Assembly: GCA_030264375.1 (NCBI GenBank)
Contig: JASCQW010000148.1
Span: forward strand, 25,447,726 to 25,511,725
Length of the DNA stretch: 64,000 nt
Source of the DNA: Carcharhinus longimanus
Taxonomy: Eukaryota
Direction: 5' to 3'
The position numbers were made by a program, and so were the translations under genes. The notes under the pieces are model-generated. The model ran no database searches. It was not told the origin of the DNA and saw only the letters and a list, made by a program, of their open reading frames with translations. Below are positions 12,620 to 25,530 of this stretch, in pieces. How positions within the stretch are numbered: the stretch's first letter is position 1; each line of letters opens with the position of its first letter.

Positions 12620-13520
12620 GAGTCATCAGCTGTCCCTCGATTAGAGGAAGATATTTACTCAAGGTCATGAGTCCCTGCTAAGGGTCTTCCTGTGACTGAA
12701 CAGGTTGATTCTTGACNNNNNNNNNNNNNNNNNNNNNNNNNNNNNNNNNNNNNNNNNNNNNNNNNNNNNNNNNNNNNNNNNNNNNNNNNNNNNNNNNNNN
12801 NNNNNNNNNNNNNNNNNNNNNNNNNNNNNNNNNNNNNNNNNNNNNNNNNNNNNNNNNNNNNNNNNNNNNNNNNATGAGTAGGAGCAAGTTCTTCCCAGTC
12901 ATTAATGTCAATGCTGCCCCACTTCAAAGAAAGCTTCAGAATGTCTTTGAAGCATTCATTTCAGCCATTCCAACACAGTGTCCAATCCATCAAAGTTGAT
13001 TTTGCAGGAAGGGGTCATTCCTGAATGCTTGTGGAGCTGGCTTCAAGAAGAATCCTAGCATTTATCGGACAGTGCTCCCATTGAATCCAGGGGACGAGGT
13101 GGAGGCATTGCTCATGGAATTTCTCAGGTGCTCTTATGTGTCGCTGATATACCGTCCAGGTCTCGCTGCACTACAGGAGTGTGGTGATGGCAACTGCTCT
13201 GTACATTAGGACTTGCTGTCCTTTGGAGCGTTGTTAAACGCTCACAGCCATAGTTTGTATTAGGCTGAGCTGGTGCAACCAACCCAGTGTTAAATCCCTT
13301 CATTAATGGTAGCCAAGCAGTGGAAAATGCTCAATACATTCCAGAGTCTCTCCTTCAGCATACATGGGAGGTGGAATATTTAGCTAACCAGATTTGGGTT
13401 GCCTGGAGTCTTGAAGTGAGCATAAGAGCTCCGGCTTTGCAAGCTTTGTTGTTCGTCCATTGATTGTTGTTGCAGCTCTCCCACTGATGTGGCTCACCCA
13501 TGTATTCTACCATGGGGTAC
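12620..13520 (-). mobile_element. Decayed RTE-clade LINE (RT C-terminus), contains gap
   Basis: Minus-strand peptides LMYRAVAITTLL*CSETWTVYQRHI and FKDILKLSLKWGSIDINDWEELA resemble RTE LLYGSETW and RFKDTLK..WESLA motifs. Confidence 0.8.
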
Positions 13521-14369
13521 AGGGGATATAGCCTTGACAGTATCAGCTATCACTGTGGATTTATAGTTGAGTTTTTGAAAGTATTCTTTCCAGTGTTGAC
13601 AATAACATTGACAGCCTGAAGAGAAACACCATCCTGTGAGCAAAATGGATTTTGTCCATTTGAACTTGGCCGATAGATGACCCTGCTGGCTTCTAAAAGA
13701 TTTTGCATATCATGATGCTCGGCACTCGGTGGATTGCTGAATGCACCAGCAGCAGGATTCAATGTTATATTACCACTCATGATGATATACTATCACCACA
13801 AGTGTGTTTTACATGTATGATGTTATAGTTAGTGTGACAATTAGCCATTCAGAAAGACATTTATCTTTTTCCTATACAAACCTCTTCCCTTCATCACGGG
13901 CAACATGTCTTCCTTTGGAAATATCAGACACGACCAAGGTTCTGCAAACCTGTGATGCACTATCACTATCCGTCATACTTTTTCATAGAAATTACAACAC
14001 AGAAACAGGCTCTTTAGCCTCACCATTCTGCGTTGACATTTACATCCACAAGCAGATTATTGCCACCTTTTCCCATAACCTTTTAATTCTTTTTCCTTTG
14101 TTCACCTATTCAATCCAATCTTTACTATGGCCTCGGGCATTTATTGCAGAGGCTATTTTCTTATTCCGATCAAGTGACAGGAATTTTCTTCTCCTTAAGG
14201 TAGTGGTTTCTCGCTGTAGCAGCAGTCACTCTTGGGTACCTCACAGTACTGGCTAATATTTCTATTGGAACAGCAAGAGTCACTGAATTTGATTATAGAC
14301 CTCAGTCTAGGGTTGTTAGACGAAGGGACACATGCATAAACTCACACCACTGCCTTGACTGAAGTTACA

Positions 14370-14465
14370 GTAAGAAGTCTCACAGCACTAACTTTTGCCT
14401 AGTGGCTTATGCTACCAAATAAACGTGTCGGACTTTAACCTGGTGTTGTGAGACTTCTTACACAT
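14370..14465. mobile_element. Mini Penelope pLTR derivative with inverted ends
   Basis: Arms gtaagaagtctcacagcac / gtgttgtgagacttcttac, flanked by direct repeat cttgactga at 14354-14362 and 14466-14474. Confidence 0.75.
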
Positions 14466-14469
14466 CTTG

Positions 14470-14850
14470 ACTGAGGTACAGTGTGAAGCAGGCAACAACA
14501 TTGGATCTCAGCATTAGCATCAAGTGAATGGAGCTCAAAGAGCTATAATGTGCCACAATTAAGTGCCTCAGCTCCATCCTAAGGAAAACACCACCAACCA
14601 CCCTCCATCCTCTGGCCAATGTGATAATCATCTACCATGTCCCACACCGGCTAGTTTGAGTCCACCAGCTATTTTAGTGCAAATTGGTGACGGTATTATG
14701 CTGCAGGCCCAGTCATTTGGATCAAGACTGTTGGAATTATTTCATGTCAGAACCTTTCAGACAGCGAAGAATTTCTCCCATTCTGTCTGGGCTGGATTTA
14801 AACCCAGAATCCAGAGGTCAAAGGATCCGTGTCTAATTCACTGCACTTCC
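14470..14850 (-). mobile_element. Ancient tRNA-SINE, LF-SINE-like
   Basis: Minus strand cctttgacctctggattctgggtttaaatccagcccag..tgaaata..caccaatttgcactaa..tgaggcac..ctgtacct is collinear with the LF-SINE consensus as recalled. Confidence 0.5.
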
Positions 14851-16109
14851 AGTTTCCCCGAGACTTGTTTTGACTTGCACATTAACACTGTTGAATTCCT
14901 GTGTGAGAAATTTGATGCTGATTACTGTGGCATCGCACCTCATTTATACTGAATGAATGTGTATGATAAGGCTTAAATCCAGCCTCAATAATCGAAAACA
15001 TGAAGTTCAATCAACCCGCCCAAGAGTTCTGCTCTTGGTAATGAGCATATATATAACATCAAGCCTCATGGAAGTAATTTTATGTCTTTCCCCTTCTATT
15101 AGTTTAATTGGTTTACACTAATGCTAATTGATAATTACAGCAACAATTTAAATTAGTCCAGTGCTGGTAAAGTAACGTATGGAATACGTATCAGCAGACC
15201 TGAAGGGTGAAAAAGTAGGCAGACAACGGAGTGGCCAACTGAAAATCCATAACTTGTTTATTTAATTTGGGAAAATGTCATCAGCTAATAGCAGCTCGAT
15301 GAAACTTTTTAATAATTACAATTTAATGCAATTAGTGCAATGAGAAAATCAATGTAAACATAAGACAAATCCCTTCAAGGTTCCTCTGTGAAGAACAGTG
15401 CCTCTTTCACTCATTACTGCATTCAGATGGGGGCAGGAGCATGCATGTTTGGCACAATCTTGCAGTCTTTTAGACTGTAGTATTTCATTTATCTGCTGAT
15501 CTGAATACAGGCAAAATTACTGCTCAATTTAGCCCCTTCCTGCTGCTTATCTCTCAAATTGGTTCGTTGTCCTGGGTAAATCATTGTGTTGGATTTTACT
15601 CACATCAAGATGGAAAGATCTCGTACTCCCTAAACACAGCGAAGTAAGAGCTAATTCAAAATGTATGAGATGGAGCAACCAAATGGCCCACGGGGATTAC
15701 TCATGCATCTCCCTGGACAAACACTAGAAGTCTCACAACACCAAGTTATCAACACCATGCATCTTCCTGTGCATGTAGAGATACACAGATGTTTTAAGGA
15801 AAAAATAAATAAAATCCATTATTTCTGCAAAGCTTTCTCCCCATCTGCCAAGATCTTTGAAATGGTGCTGTTGCTGCGGATATTAAAATGAATTGCCATC
15901 AGTAGCCACTGTAATCCAAACATTTTAACTTCTCAGATCCAGAGGTGATGGGAGAACAGACGTATCATGGAGTTGGCTTTTTGTAGAGGGAAAGCACGTA
16001 TACACCGTGCAGCATTGTATGCTCAGATCTACTGAATGGGAGAAGGACCTAGGGATTACTATGATTCACGAATCCAAGACCAGTGCTGTGAGGTTGTAGC
16101 AAAAGTAAA

Positions 16110-16352
16110 ATATGGAAGTGGTGGAGGCTGCCTCGCTAAATATTTTTAAGATGCGGGTTGATGGGTTTTTGATAAGCGAGGGGATTAAGGGNNNNNNNNN
16201 NNNNNNNNNNNNNNNNNNNNNNNNNNNNNNNNNNNNNNNNNNNNNNNNNNNNNNNNNNNNNNNNNNNNNNNNNNNNNNNNNNNNNNNNNNNTGGCGGGGC
16301 AGGCTCGAAGGGCTAGATGGCCTACTCCTGCTCCTATTTCTTATGTTCTTAT
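16110..16352 (+). mobile_element. CR1/HER1 3' end (gap inside)
   Basis: VVEAASLNIFKMRVDGFL, then ggcggggcaggctcgaagggctagatggcctactcctgctcctatttcttatgttcttatg. Confidence 0.85.
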
Positions 16353-18397
16353 GTTGCCAAGTCAATGAAATACAAAATGAGAAATATTGTGGAGAAACTG
16401 CTTCATGTTGTGCTGTTTCCAATGCTGCTATTCCACAGGGAGAAGTGGTGTTGTGGGCTGTTAGCTGTGTGGCGTTCTTCATTGCTAGAAGTGGCACTGA
16501 GTGAACAAATTTCATCTCTGTCATCCTTTACCTGTATGAAGTGTCGTCAGGCCACATCTAGCACACTCTGTTCAGTTACTGACTCTTCACAATGTAGATG
16601 AGAACCTTGTGAGAAAAATCTTCAATAGAGGGCAAGACAGTAGATTGAACACATTTCAAGGGGCCGCCATTGTGTGGAAAGGCTAAGAGAAATAGGGCTC
16701 TTTAACTTAAAGGCAACGACTTGTGTAAATTTGATTATGATCCAAAGAGTAGTAAAAAGATTACAGTTTGTCCACATGGAAAGGTTATACACACTAGAAA
16801 GCTTAGGGAGAATCAGGAGATGTAAGGAGAAATTATAAAAGCAAAGAACTATGCCATGGCTCGGAAATATTTGTTTTCACAGAGTATCAACCTGTAGAAT
16901 AAGCTGGCAACAAATTAAGTTGCCAACAAGTGTAATGAGAGCAGAATTTCTGCAAACTTCTAAAAAGGGAGTTGGACAAGGTCTGAGGCTGGCTGGCCTA
17001 TCAACATGACCTAAGAGGGGTCATTGGGCAGTGGCCATGGTCTCTTGGAGCTTGTTTGATCAGACAGTATTTTCCCAAAGCTGTTTTTCCCCATTTGCCA
17101 TAGGTTTTTTTTTCATCTTCTTTTACCTCTCCCAGGAGATTGTGTGGCACCATGCATGTCTGTGTGTGTGGGTGAACAGGGGAATGGGCACGTGGGGAGG
17201 GGATGCAATAGGATGATGATGAGCAGAAATCATACTATGCCAGCATGTTCCTGCCAATTCATGACCATATTACTGGGCACAGTCCAAAATAGAACAAGTT
17301 AGTGCAGCATTAATGACAGGGTCTTTACTTGTCTGGATGGCACATTGAGATAGAAAATTTAACGTTTGAAGAATCACAGACGCTGGTTTTTCTTGGAGAA
17401 GATAAGCATTCTTGTCAGTAGTTTAGTTTGCTGTAAATGTGTTCTTGAAATACAGAAAAATATTGCCCAATGAAAATAACCCTTCTGTAATTTCTTCCCC
17501 CTCACCATAACACGGAGTTCTGTGGTCCAGATGTGGTCATGCTATCAGCACCATGGATAACAAACAAAAGAAAACAAGCCAAATGTTAAGCTGGTCTTAC
17601 TTAGGATGTTTATATATTTTTGGCCTTGATTTACTGTTGTGCTGGTCTTTAGCCAGTATGAAAAATGACTATTTTTCAGACAGAGTTCTCAACTCCCAAA
17701 GTGAGTACTGGAGATCAAGGAAGCAAATTAAGTTTGCCACAAATCAAACATGAAACATGCTGTAGGGGATACTAAATAGCAGTAAAGTGAAAAAAAGTCA
17801 AAATACAAAAAAGGAAAACGAGATCAAGAGGGAAGAGTGATTAAAAACTAATGTTTAAACAATTTTATAATAAAATATTATTTGTTTATTTTAGTATTAT
17901 AATTCAATGATAAAATGGATATCAGATTAGTTTTTGAGATGATGTTTATTTCAGTGTCACAGTTGTTGGCCCAGAGAAAATGAAATTCCATTGATTTGCA
18001 ACCAGTCTATCTCGAAATATTATGCAGAACACTTCTCAGATCAGAAATTCAGACATACTGCATTAATCTTAATTAACTAGAAAATTTGAAGGCCCTCAAA
18101 TTTAATGACAGTATATCTCAAGATAAAATAGAACAGATTGGGGTTTAGTTCAATACTCATTGTACTCTGGAAATATAAAAATAACGACCAAAACGTGCTG
18201 ATGGAGATTGCAGTGGTAAACACGTTTTCACTTTCACATGGTAAAAGGTCAAAATTTAAAGAAGGAAAATGCGTGGCAAATATTAAAGTCTATCCGGATT
18301 GTGGTGCAAACATTTTAAATGTACTTTAAAATTTTCCACTAACATTGCATACATGAGTTGGAGTGCTACAGTACAGAACATGTGCACACAATGGATA

Positions 18398-19570
18398 TTG
18401 TTACAATCTCCTTAGAGACTAATTACTTTCAAAAGAAAGGGACCTTGACAAAACCAATGGAAAGAATACCGATGGACAAGATTTCACTTTTTAAACGTTT
18501 ACTGCAACAAATTAACTAAAATCAACATCATTTAAGCATGAATTAACAAGTGAAGCTTATATATTATAGCAAGATAAATTTCACTTTCAATCATCACTAC
18601 AACAGAAATATGCCTCGCATAGTTACAAACAGTTGCATTACTACCTGCATAAACGTAGGACCATGTGCAATCTCAGCCTTTCAAACTTAACCTCCACATT
18701 CACTAATGTGTTTCGCCCAAAATCCCCAGACATGGTTAACATTGATAAAGCACACGTCTATGGACCTTCTGTCATTCAAGTCACAACAGTCCTGATGGCA
18801 CAGGATCCCTTCCCTTCTTTAACCCCTCTAAACAGTCCGTTGGGCCCTGGCAACACTGGCATAGCAGCAATGGGTTTTGTCCAACCCACAATCCCTCTCT
18901 TTCTGTCATCAGTGTTCTGTTCTTTTCAACTGTAGAATACACACAGTAACACAGGCTCTGCTTTTTTTCTCAGAACCCTGCCTCAAAACCAGGATGTGTT
19001 GTGTGATAACCCCTACAATGTCCACGGGGAATCAGTGATTGATTTCCCTGTCGGGACTGTTGAGTATGAGTTCCCCTGGTAACAGGCAGCAGCTTGTCCA
19101 ACTGGAACTCTTTACCTCAGCCTTTTATAAGGCGCTTTGGACCTAGGCAGTGACTAGTGTGCATTCACCACAGTAGTGGTTTACTTTGCACTCTGTAATA
19201 AACTATGTCCCTTTCCAGTTGGGATTCTTGTGTCATTACAGTTTGTAAAATGTCTAATGTAAGACTGTTCAATTTAGAGAGAACCTTGCTTGTTTTCTAT
19301 TTATATTCATCCTCGGTGTGTTCTGAACTGTCAAATGAAAACAATCTGGCTGACACAGTGGGACTTCAATTAACTTTCTATTTACCCTTTGTTTCTTGGC
19401 TGTTCATCCCCATGACAACCACAGGTCACACAGATATTTTTTGGAACCTAATGATATCATAATCAGGAAACCAATTAACCCTCCTTCAGAATACTCTGTA
19501 GCCACTTTGATCTTAAAGTGACATTACACAAGAATAAAATGCACGTTTGCCAAAGCACGTGGGTCATCAC
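18398..19570. mobile_element. Possible solo LTR(s), perhaps nested
   Basis: Starts tgttaca and ends tcaca. An internal block at about 19000-19204 has TATA-like tttataag and aataaa. No clean target-site duplication. Confidence 0.3.
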
Positions 19571-20569
19571 AGCATATGTAGAGGAATGCACATACATTCG
19601 CATTGACAAATTAGCTGGATTTAAAACAGTCACCAGAAAAATAGCGGGGCAGCCAGTTATGCAGATACCACAAGATTTCCAAATGTTGTTATTTAAAATA
19701 AATGTACAGAAAATGTAATCAGGTTTGATTTAATAATGCTGTAATACTTTAAATCATGTCAGTTTGATAATCAAACTCTTCACTTCTAAGTGCAGCAAAA
19801 TTGGACCAAGCTTATTTATTTAGCAGATATTTTCCTTAGGCACAAATTACCTTTAAGAAGCCTGCCGTGTTCCAGATACCTTAATATACAACTTTCCTTC
19901 GTCTCAACATCCATTCAAATGCCTGGATTGCTAATCTAAGATCAAAGCAGCCAGCAAGGACCGGAGAATATCAGATCTCTAGTATACTATTCAGGAAGAA
20001 ACTTTAAATTAAAGAACATGTGTTATACATTTTGCATTTCCTCCTTAATTCACATAAGTGAATTGCACACAGTAGCGGTTTGTACTACCACTCTAGCATG
20101 TACCACAACCTCTAATACAAAAATTATTGACAGCTTCCATGTTCATAAACAAGCTGCATATATTATAGAGAAAGAATGGGAATTCACAATAATACTGCCT
20201 TTGTTGAACCTGATTTCTTTGTGGTTGCTTCTGCTATAAAAAGGCATTTGAGGTTGCAAAAAGTTGTGAAAGATACATTTTTGAGGAAACAATGTTCACT
20301 CAGTAGACGGCTAAATAAATGGAAACTTTGAAAAGGAAAAAAGACTGACCAAAACACAATTTTTTTTGCTTTCCTTCTTCGTACTGTTTGTTGAGCTTAT
20401 GGGTAACGTCCAAAGGAGTGAACTGTGGTTCTGTGTAGCTCTGTTTGCTGACACTGTTGCTCACTTTTTACTACTGGTGACGGATACCAAAATTGCAAAG
20501 AGATGTTCTACCTAAAACAGTTACATGCTTGTGTTCTACGAAGAATAGTATAACCACGTTGCCTTTCCA

Positions 20570-23345
20570 AAACACTGACAAGGACTTATAACGAACAGTG
20601 GTTTATTCACTAGTTTATTAGCTACTTCATGTTTCTCCACTGCCCTTGTTCACAGAGAGAACATCCATGCTGTCAACATGTTACGCTTTTTGTACACACA
20701 TCATCATGTGACCACTTGGTCTACATCTTCCCCATTTAGTTGGGACAACCGGTGGGATGAGATGTAGGAGTGTGTACATTTGGAAACTATGTACAGACCA
20801 TTTTGTAACATTAAACAGGCTAACAATACATATCAATTTACTTAGTGAGGCATAGATTAAACTGTTGCAGCTGGTGCACAGATCATTGCATTTTCACCCC
20901 CCCCCGCCCCCCTCCGCCACCAATCTTTTCATTGTAGAAAGATGAGATTCTAAAGCCAGTTCTAAACTAGGTGGTGATGTAGTTTTTGATGATGTAGTCT
21001 AGTATGGAGGGCATTAGCTATGAGGAGAGGTTGGAGAAACTTGGTTTGTTCTCACTGGAACGATGAAGGTTGAGGTAGTCTACAAGGTTATGAGGGGCAT
21101 GGACAGAGTGGATAGTCAGAAGCTTTTTCCCAGGGTGGAAGAGTCAATTACTANNNNNNNNNNNNNNNNNNNNNNNNNNNNNNNNNNNNNNNNNNNNNNN
21201 NNNNNNNNNNNNNNNNNNNNNNNNNNNNNNNNNNNNNNNNNNNNNNNNNNNNNGCATGGACAGAGTGGATAGTCAGAAGCTTTTTCCCAGGGTGGAAGAG
21301 TCAATTACTAGGGGGCACAGGATTAAGGTGCGAGGGGCAAGGTTTAAAGGAGATGTACGAGGCACGTTTTTTACATAGAGGATGGTGGCTGCCTGGAACT
21401 TGTTGCTGGGGGAGGTAGTGGAAGCAGATACGTTAGTGATTTTTAAGAGGCATCTTGACATATACATGAATAGGATGAAAATAGAGGGGTACGGTCCCCA
21501 GAAGGGTAGGGGGTTTTAGTTCAGTTGGGCAGCATAGTCAGTGGTGGCTTGGAGGGCCGAAGAGCCTGTTCCTGTGCTGTAATTTTTTTTTTGTTCCTTT
21601 TGAACTTATGTTTGGTTTGCCCAGACACCCTGAGTGTGTGATTATGCCGGTTGGTAGTATCTTTCTCAGGCTGGTGCTCAGTGTGGATGGCCAGAATGTT
21701 CCACCAGCATGTTCGGTGAGTTCAGGGCTCACTGCGTTGGCCTCTGGAGTAGTCTGCATGTCCACTGGTGTAGGGGACCTCTGCCACAGGCTGGATGACT
21801 GAAGTGCTACATCATCTGTTGGTTCTGATTCTGATTCCTGTAGGAGGTAATAATGGTTGCCCACATTGTGGCTATCTGAGGCTACCACTTGATTGTTCAG
21901 TTGTGAGGCATGGTTGTATATCATGCCAACTTGTCATGGCCAAGTGAGATCTGAGCCCGGATGATTTAATCATGTGTTAGATGGCTAAGTCTGTGGGCGT
22001 TTCAATTGCATTGTGCTTCCTTTCTCAATCAGCATTTCATGAGAGATCATTCGCATTGGTTTCAAGTTTAGGCTGCAGCTGAGCCTTAGTGAGAAGAATC
22101 GTGGTCCTGGTGCATCTGGAAAATAGTCGTTATGCTCATGAGGGCAAGCCCTGTCATGGTAAATTTTGTAGGCTGAGGAGTGCAGCATAGTCTACATGAC
22201 GCCTTGCACATTTCTCTGGAGGATGCTTGACTGAGCATATCAGACTTCTTGACTGGGGATATAGGAGCCTGCTCATGATATGCTCAAAGTCCCATGTGTC
22301 TGCAAAGTTCCTAAATTCCATGGAGACACATTGGCAAGCATTGTCTGTCATAAGCCTTTGTGGGATGCCGTGTGTTGCAAAGTGTCACTCTCCCAGTAGA
22401 GTGTTGTTGAGGATCTGCAGCTTCGCTCCTTTGGCTGAGCTCCAGTTTATTCACCTTGCCAATGCTCCTGTCAATGAAGGACTGAACAGCAGCCATGCTG
22501 CTGATGGCAGAAGAGGGCTGCGATGGTTTCCACCTGTGGCATTTAGGGAAGTAATTCCATTTTCTACATTTTTTTTGCATCTTTTATGTGCTGTTCTGAG
22601 GGTGCTGGCCACTGCAATTGGAGTGGGATGCCTGTATCATGAATACTTCTGTTTCCCACTTAAAATCACTGCTTTTTTCTGATTATTCATTTAATACACA
22701 GATACTAACAGCAGTTAGTAATGTTAAATGTTTCTCTCACAGCAGCTGCTCGCATACTAAATCGCTATGAAGTCCACAGATTATTCGATCCCTGATTATT
22801 TCAACAGTGATTGTCCCAAACTCACATTTCTTTGCCAGTATTTTCAAGGTGAATGTTTAAGTTTGCATTGACTCATCTGCTGTTTGGCTTGTTGAATTGA
22901 ATACATGTCTGTCAACAATTATATTTTTTTTACCTGAAGACAAATATTCTCGAACTCTTTTAGAATTATTTCGGGGTCCTTTTTTCCCTCCTCCAGCTGG
23001 AAAACAAAGGACTTGAATTTCTCAACGGCTTTGGGACCCACTATGTTTAGCAAGGTATAATAAGCCTGTACCTGTTTCGACTTGTCAGACAATGCAGCAT
23101 TGCAGTATATACACCATTCCTTTTCCCAACTGTATTCAATATTTCAACAAAGATGAGGGGGTTGATGCGGCAAAGTCCTGGCGCCACAAATACTGACAGT
23201 AAGGGCTTATAAGAACAATTGCTTACTCATGAGCTTAGCAGCTACTTCATGCTTATACGCTGCCTGTGCTCCTGGGGAAAGTCCAGTGCTGCAGACTGTG
23301 GTCCCTTTTTTGTAGCCGCATCATCACATGACCACTTGGTCTACA
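20570..23345 (-). mobile_element. Internally deleted Gypsy element: two related LTRs, PPT, gag zinc-knuckle and integrase remnants
   Basis: Same-orientation repeats at about 20570-20725 and 23163-23345 both end tgaccacttggtctaca on +. Minus-strand purine tract aaatggggaaga (20726-20737) abuts TGTAG. Integrase-like HGIPQRLMTDNACQCVSMEFRNFADTWDFEHI..YPQS and a knuckle-like KKCRKWNYFPKC lie between. Confidence 0.7.
21000..21600 (+). mobile_element. CR1/HER1 LINE 3' end, gap inside
   Basis: EVVYKVMRGMDRVDSQKLFPRVEESITRGH and tail ggagggccgaagagcctgttcctgtgctgtaattttt. Confidence 0.9.
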
Positions 23346-24068
23346 AATAGGTTTTTAAAAAAGGAAATTCTTACCACAGTCCAAATCACCTAAGCAGTCA
23401 GTGTAAAATTGAAATCTAAAAAGATTCAAGCAAAATATATAAAATTTAATGAGATTTCTAAAATTCATGATTCCTACCTAGTTCTTGTAGCCAGGTTTAT
23501 GACATGGTCCAATTAAGTACCATAAGTACACTTTGAGGAATAAACAAAGTTTTTATGAATATTCAAATCATTGGAGCATTCAACACTCTAGTCAACAATT
23601 GTGTGATTTTGACATTTAGTGTTATTGTGAATGTTTTATTTCTGTTTTTAGCACCATTGGCTTTTGCCACCACGTGATGGAAGACAAATGGGGTAATGTC
23701 CATGTACCTTTATTGTTGCATTTGTTTCGATGGTCTGTTACATGGCAAGAACAAAAGGATATAATTGAAATCACTTCACGGGGAAGTGAGATGAAAATAA
23801 CCATACTTATATTCCTGCAGTGAAAATACTAATGTAACCTACAAGTTAAATGGCTTATGGACAGTGCGACCAACCAGCAGTGCACTCCAGTAGAGTTCGT
23901 CATACACACAGATTCGCAGAATAATGCAAAAATGAAATAAGAGTGTCTGAATGTGACATTTTAATTTAGGGAAAGAATTATGCACAGCGAAATCTGACTA
24001 TCAGAATCTTCTGCTTGAATAATAACTGCAAACATGAAGTTCATCCTGCACCAGATCAGTGGGGAAGC

Positions 24069-24084
24069 TGTTTCCATGGAAACA
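24069..24084. promoter_or_regulatory. Perfect palindromic RFX X-box-like site
   Basis: TGTTTCCATGGAAACA is a perfect 16-bp palindrome fitting GTTNCCATGGNAAC. Function is untested. Confidence 0.35.
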
Positions 24085-24469
24085 AATGTGCTTTGTTGCA
24101 AATGTTTCTGAGATTGAACATAATGCTCTTTATTGAAATGGATGCCTTGGGAAGGGGTTTTACCAACTTATTTATTTGTTTAGCAGCTTGCAATACAAAT
24201 CAGCTGATAGGTGCTGCACTTCTTTAGCAACCAGTGTAAGATTCTTTACATACAAAATAAAATGATGAAACCACCCCCTCCAACAAAAAAAGCTGTTCTT
24301 GAAGTGAATTTTACATTGGATTTGCTGTAACGTGAAGTTTATCCAGGGCCCAACATAGTCAATTTAAGTGAGAATACCAAGAATAAATAAACTACTTCAA
24401 GAAAAGACAATAATAATCCTTCTTCAATCACTTTGGAAAGAAGCTCCTGAGTAACTGCCTCTCACCTCC

Positions 24470-24608
24470 TTCAGCAGCGCTCTGAAAGCTTGTGGTTTTT
24501 GCTACCAAATAAACCTGTTGGACTTTAATCTGGTGTTGTGAGACTTCTTACAATGCTTATCCCAGTCCAACGATGCTTATCCCAGTCCAATGCTGGCATC
24601 TCCACGTT
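24470..24608 (+). mobile_element. Penelope pLTR fragment
   Basis: gcagcgctctgaaagcttgtgg..ctaccaaataaacctgttggactttaatctggtgttgtgagacttcttac, with a small tandem duplication of atgcttatcccagtccaa. Confidence 0.8.
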
Positions 24609-24609
24609 A

Positions 24610-24740
24610 TCCCTGTAACCCCATACACCTATCCCACTAATCCCCCTAACCTACACATCTTGGGACACTAAGGGACAATTTAGCATGGCCAATCCACCTA
24701 TCTTGTGCATATTTGGACTGTGGGAGGAAACTAGAGCACG
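24610..24740 (-). mobile_element. HE1/V-SINE fragment running into gap
   Basis: acaatttagcatggccaatccacctatcttgtgcatatttggactgtgggaggaaact. Confidence 0.85.
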
Positions 24741-24840
24741 NNNNNNNNNNNNNNNNNNNNNNNNNNNNNNNNNNNNNNNNNNNNNNNNNNNNNNNNNNNN
24801 NNNNNNNNNNNNNNNNNNNNNNNNNNNNNNNNNNNNNNNN

Positions 24841-24918
24841 TCTTGGTGTCATCAGCAAATTTCGACACCCTACACTCGGTTCCCTCCTCCAGATCATCTA
24901 TATAAATGGTAAATAGAT
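24841..24918 (-). mobile_element. CR1 RT core fragment
   Basis: LFTIYIDDLEEGTECRVSKFADDTK (catalytic FADD). Confidence 0.9.
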
Positions 24919-24974
24919 ATGGGGAGAATATGCAAATTAGGTTGTAGTTGCACAATTTTTCATGCTGAACTTAG

Positions 24975-25530
24975 CCATGGAATACCCTGTTGTACAGTGT
25001 ACCCTGGCTTCCAAAAAGCTATTGATATAGTTTCACCTGAAAGACATTAGTTAATCTCAAGGCTGGGGAGATTCAGAGTAAATATTAGGAGTAGGTAAGG
25101 AATTGGCTGAAGAGAACAACAGTAAGTCTTTTCTTTAGAGGATTTGTATCATTATGGAGAAAGTATGCTCCATTGTTCAACACATGTAAAGGCTGGATAG
25201 GCAGCTATTTGGTCTTTCAGGGGATCCAGGGATATAGAGAACAAACAGGAAAATGTTGAAGCCCATGATTAGCCATGACTGTATTGAATGACAGAGCAGA
25301 CTCAATGAACCATGTTGTCTACTCCTGCTTCCAATTTCTTGTGTTCTTGTAACTTCTCTGTGGGATGACTCTAGCCTTTAAATTGGGATTAGTATTGTTT
25401 ATAAGTTACAGACATGAAACTGAGTTCAGAAACTTAATGCAATATGGCTGAATTTGCAGATAACAGCAAACTAGAAGAGTCAGTGAAATTGGGAAAGGTG
25501 GGATTGAAATTGCAGAATGATTTGAAGAGA
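24975..25530 (+). mobile_element. Decayed CR1 RT with a nested CR1 3' fragment
   Basis: ggcttccaaaaagctattgatatagtt is FQKAFDKV-like and gaatttgcagataacagcaaacta reads EFADNSKL. A 3' tail piece lies at about 25170-25350. Confidence 0.6.

Noticed and set aside
21097-21310. Exact 57-bp direct repeat (21097-21153 and 21254-21310)
   Set aside because: It flanks a 100-N gap inside a CR1, so it is most likely unmerged contig overlap.
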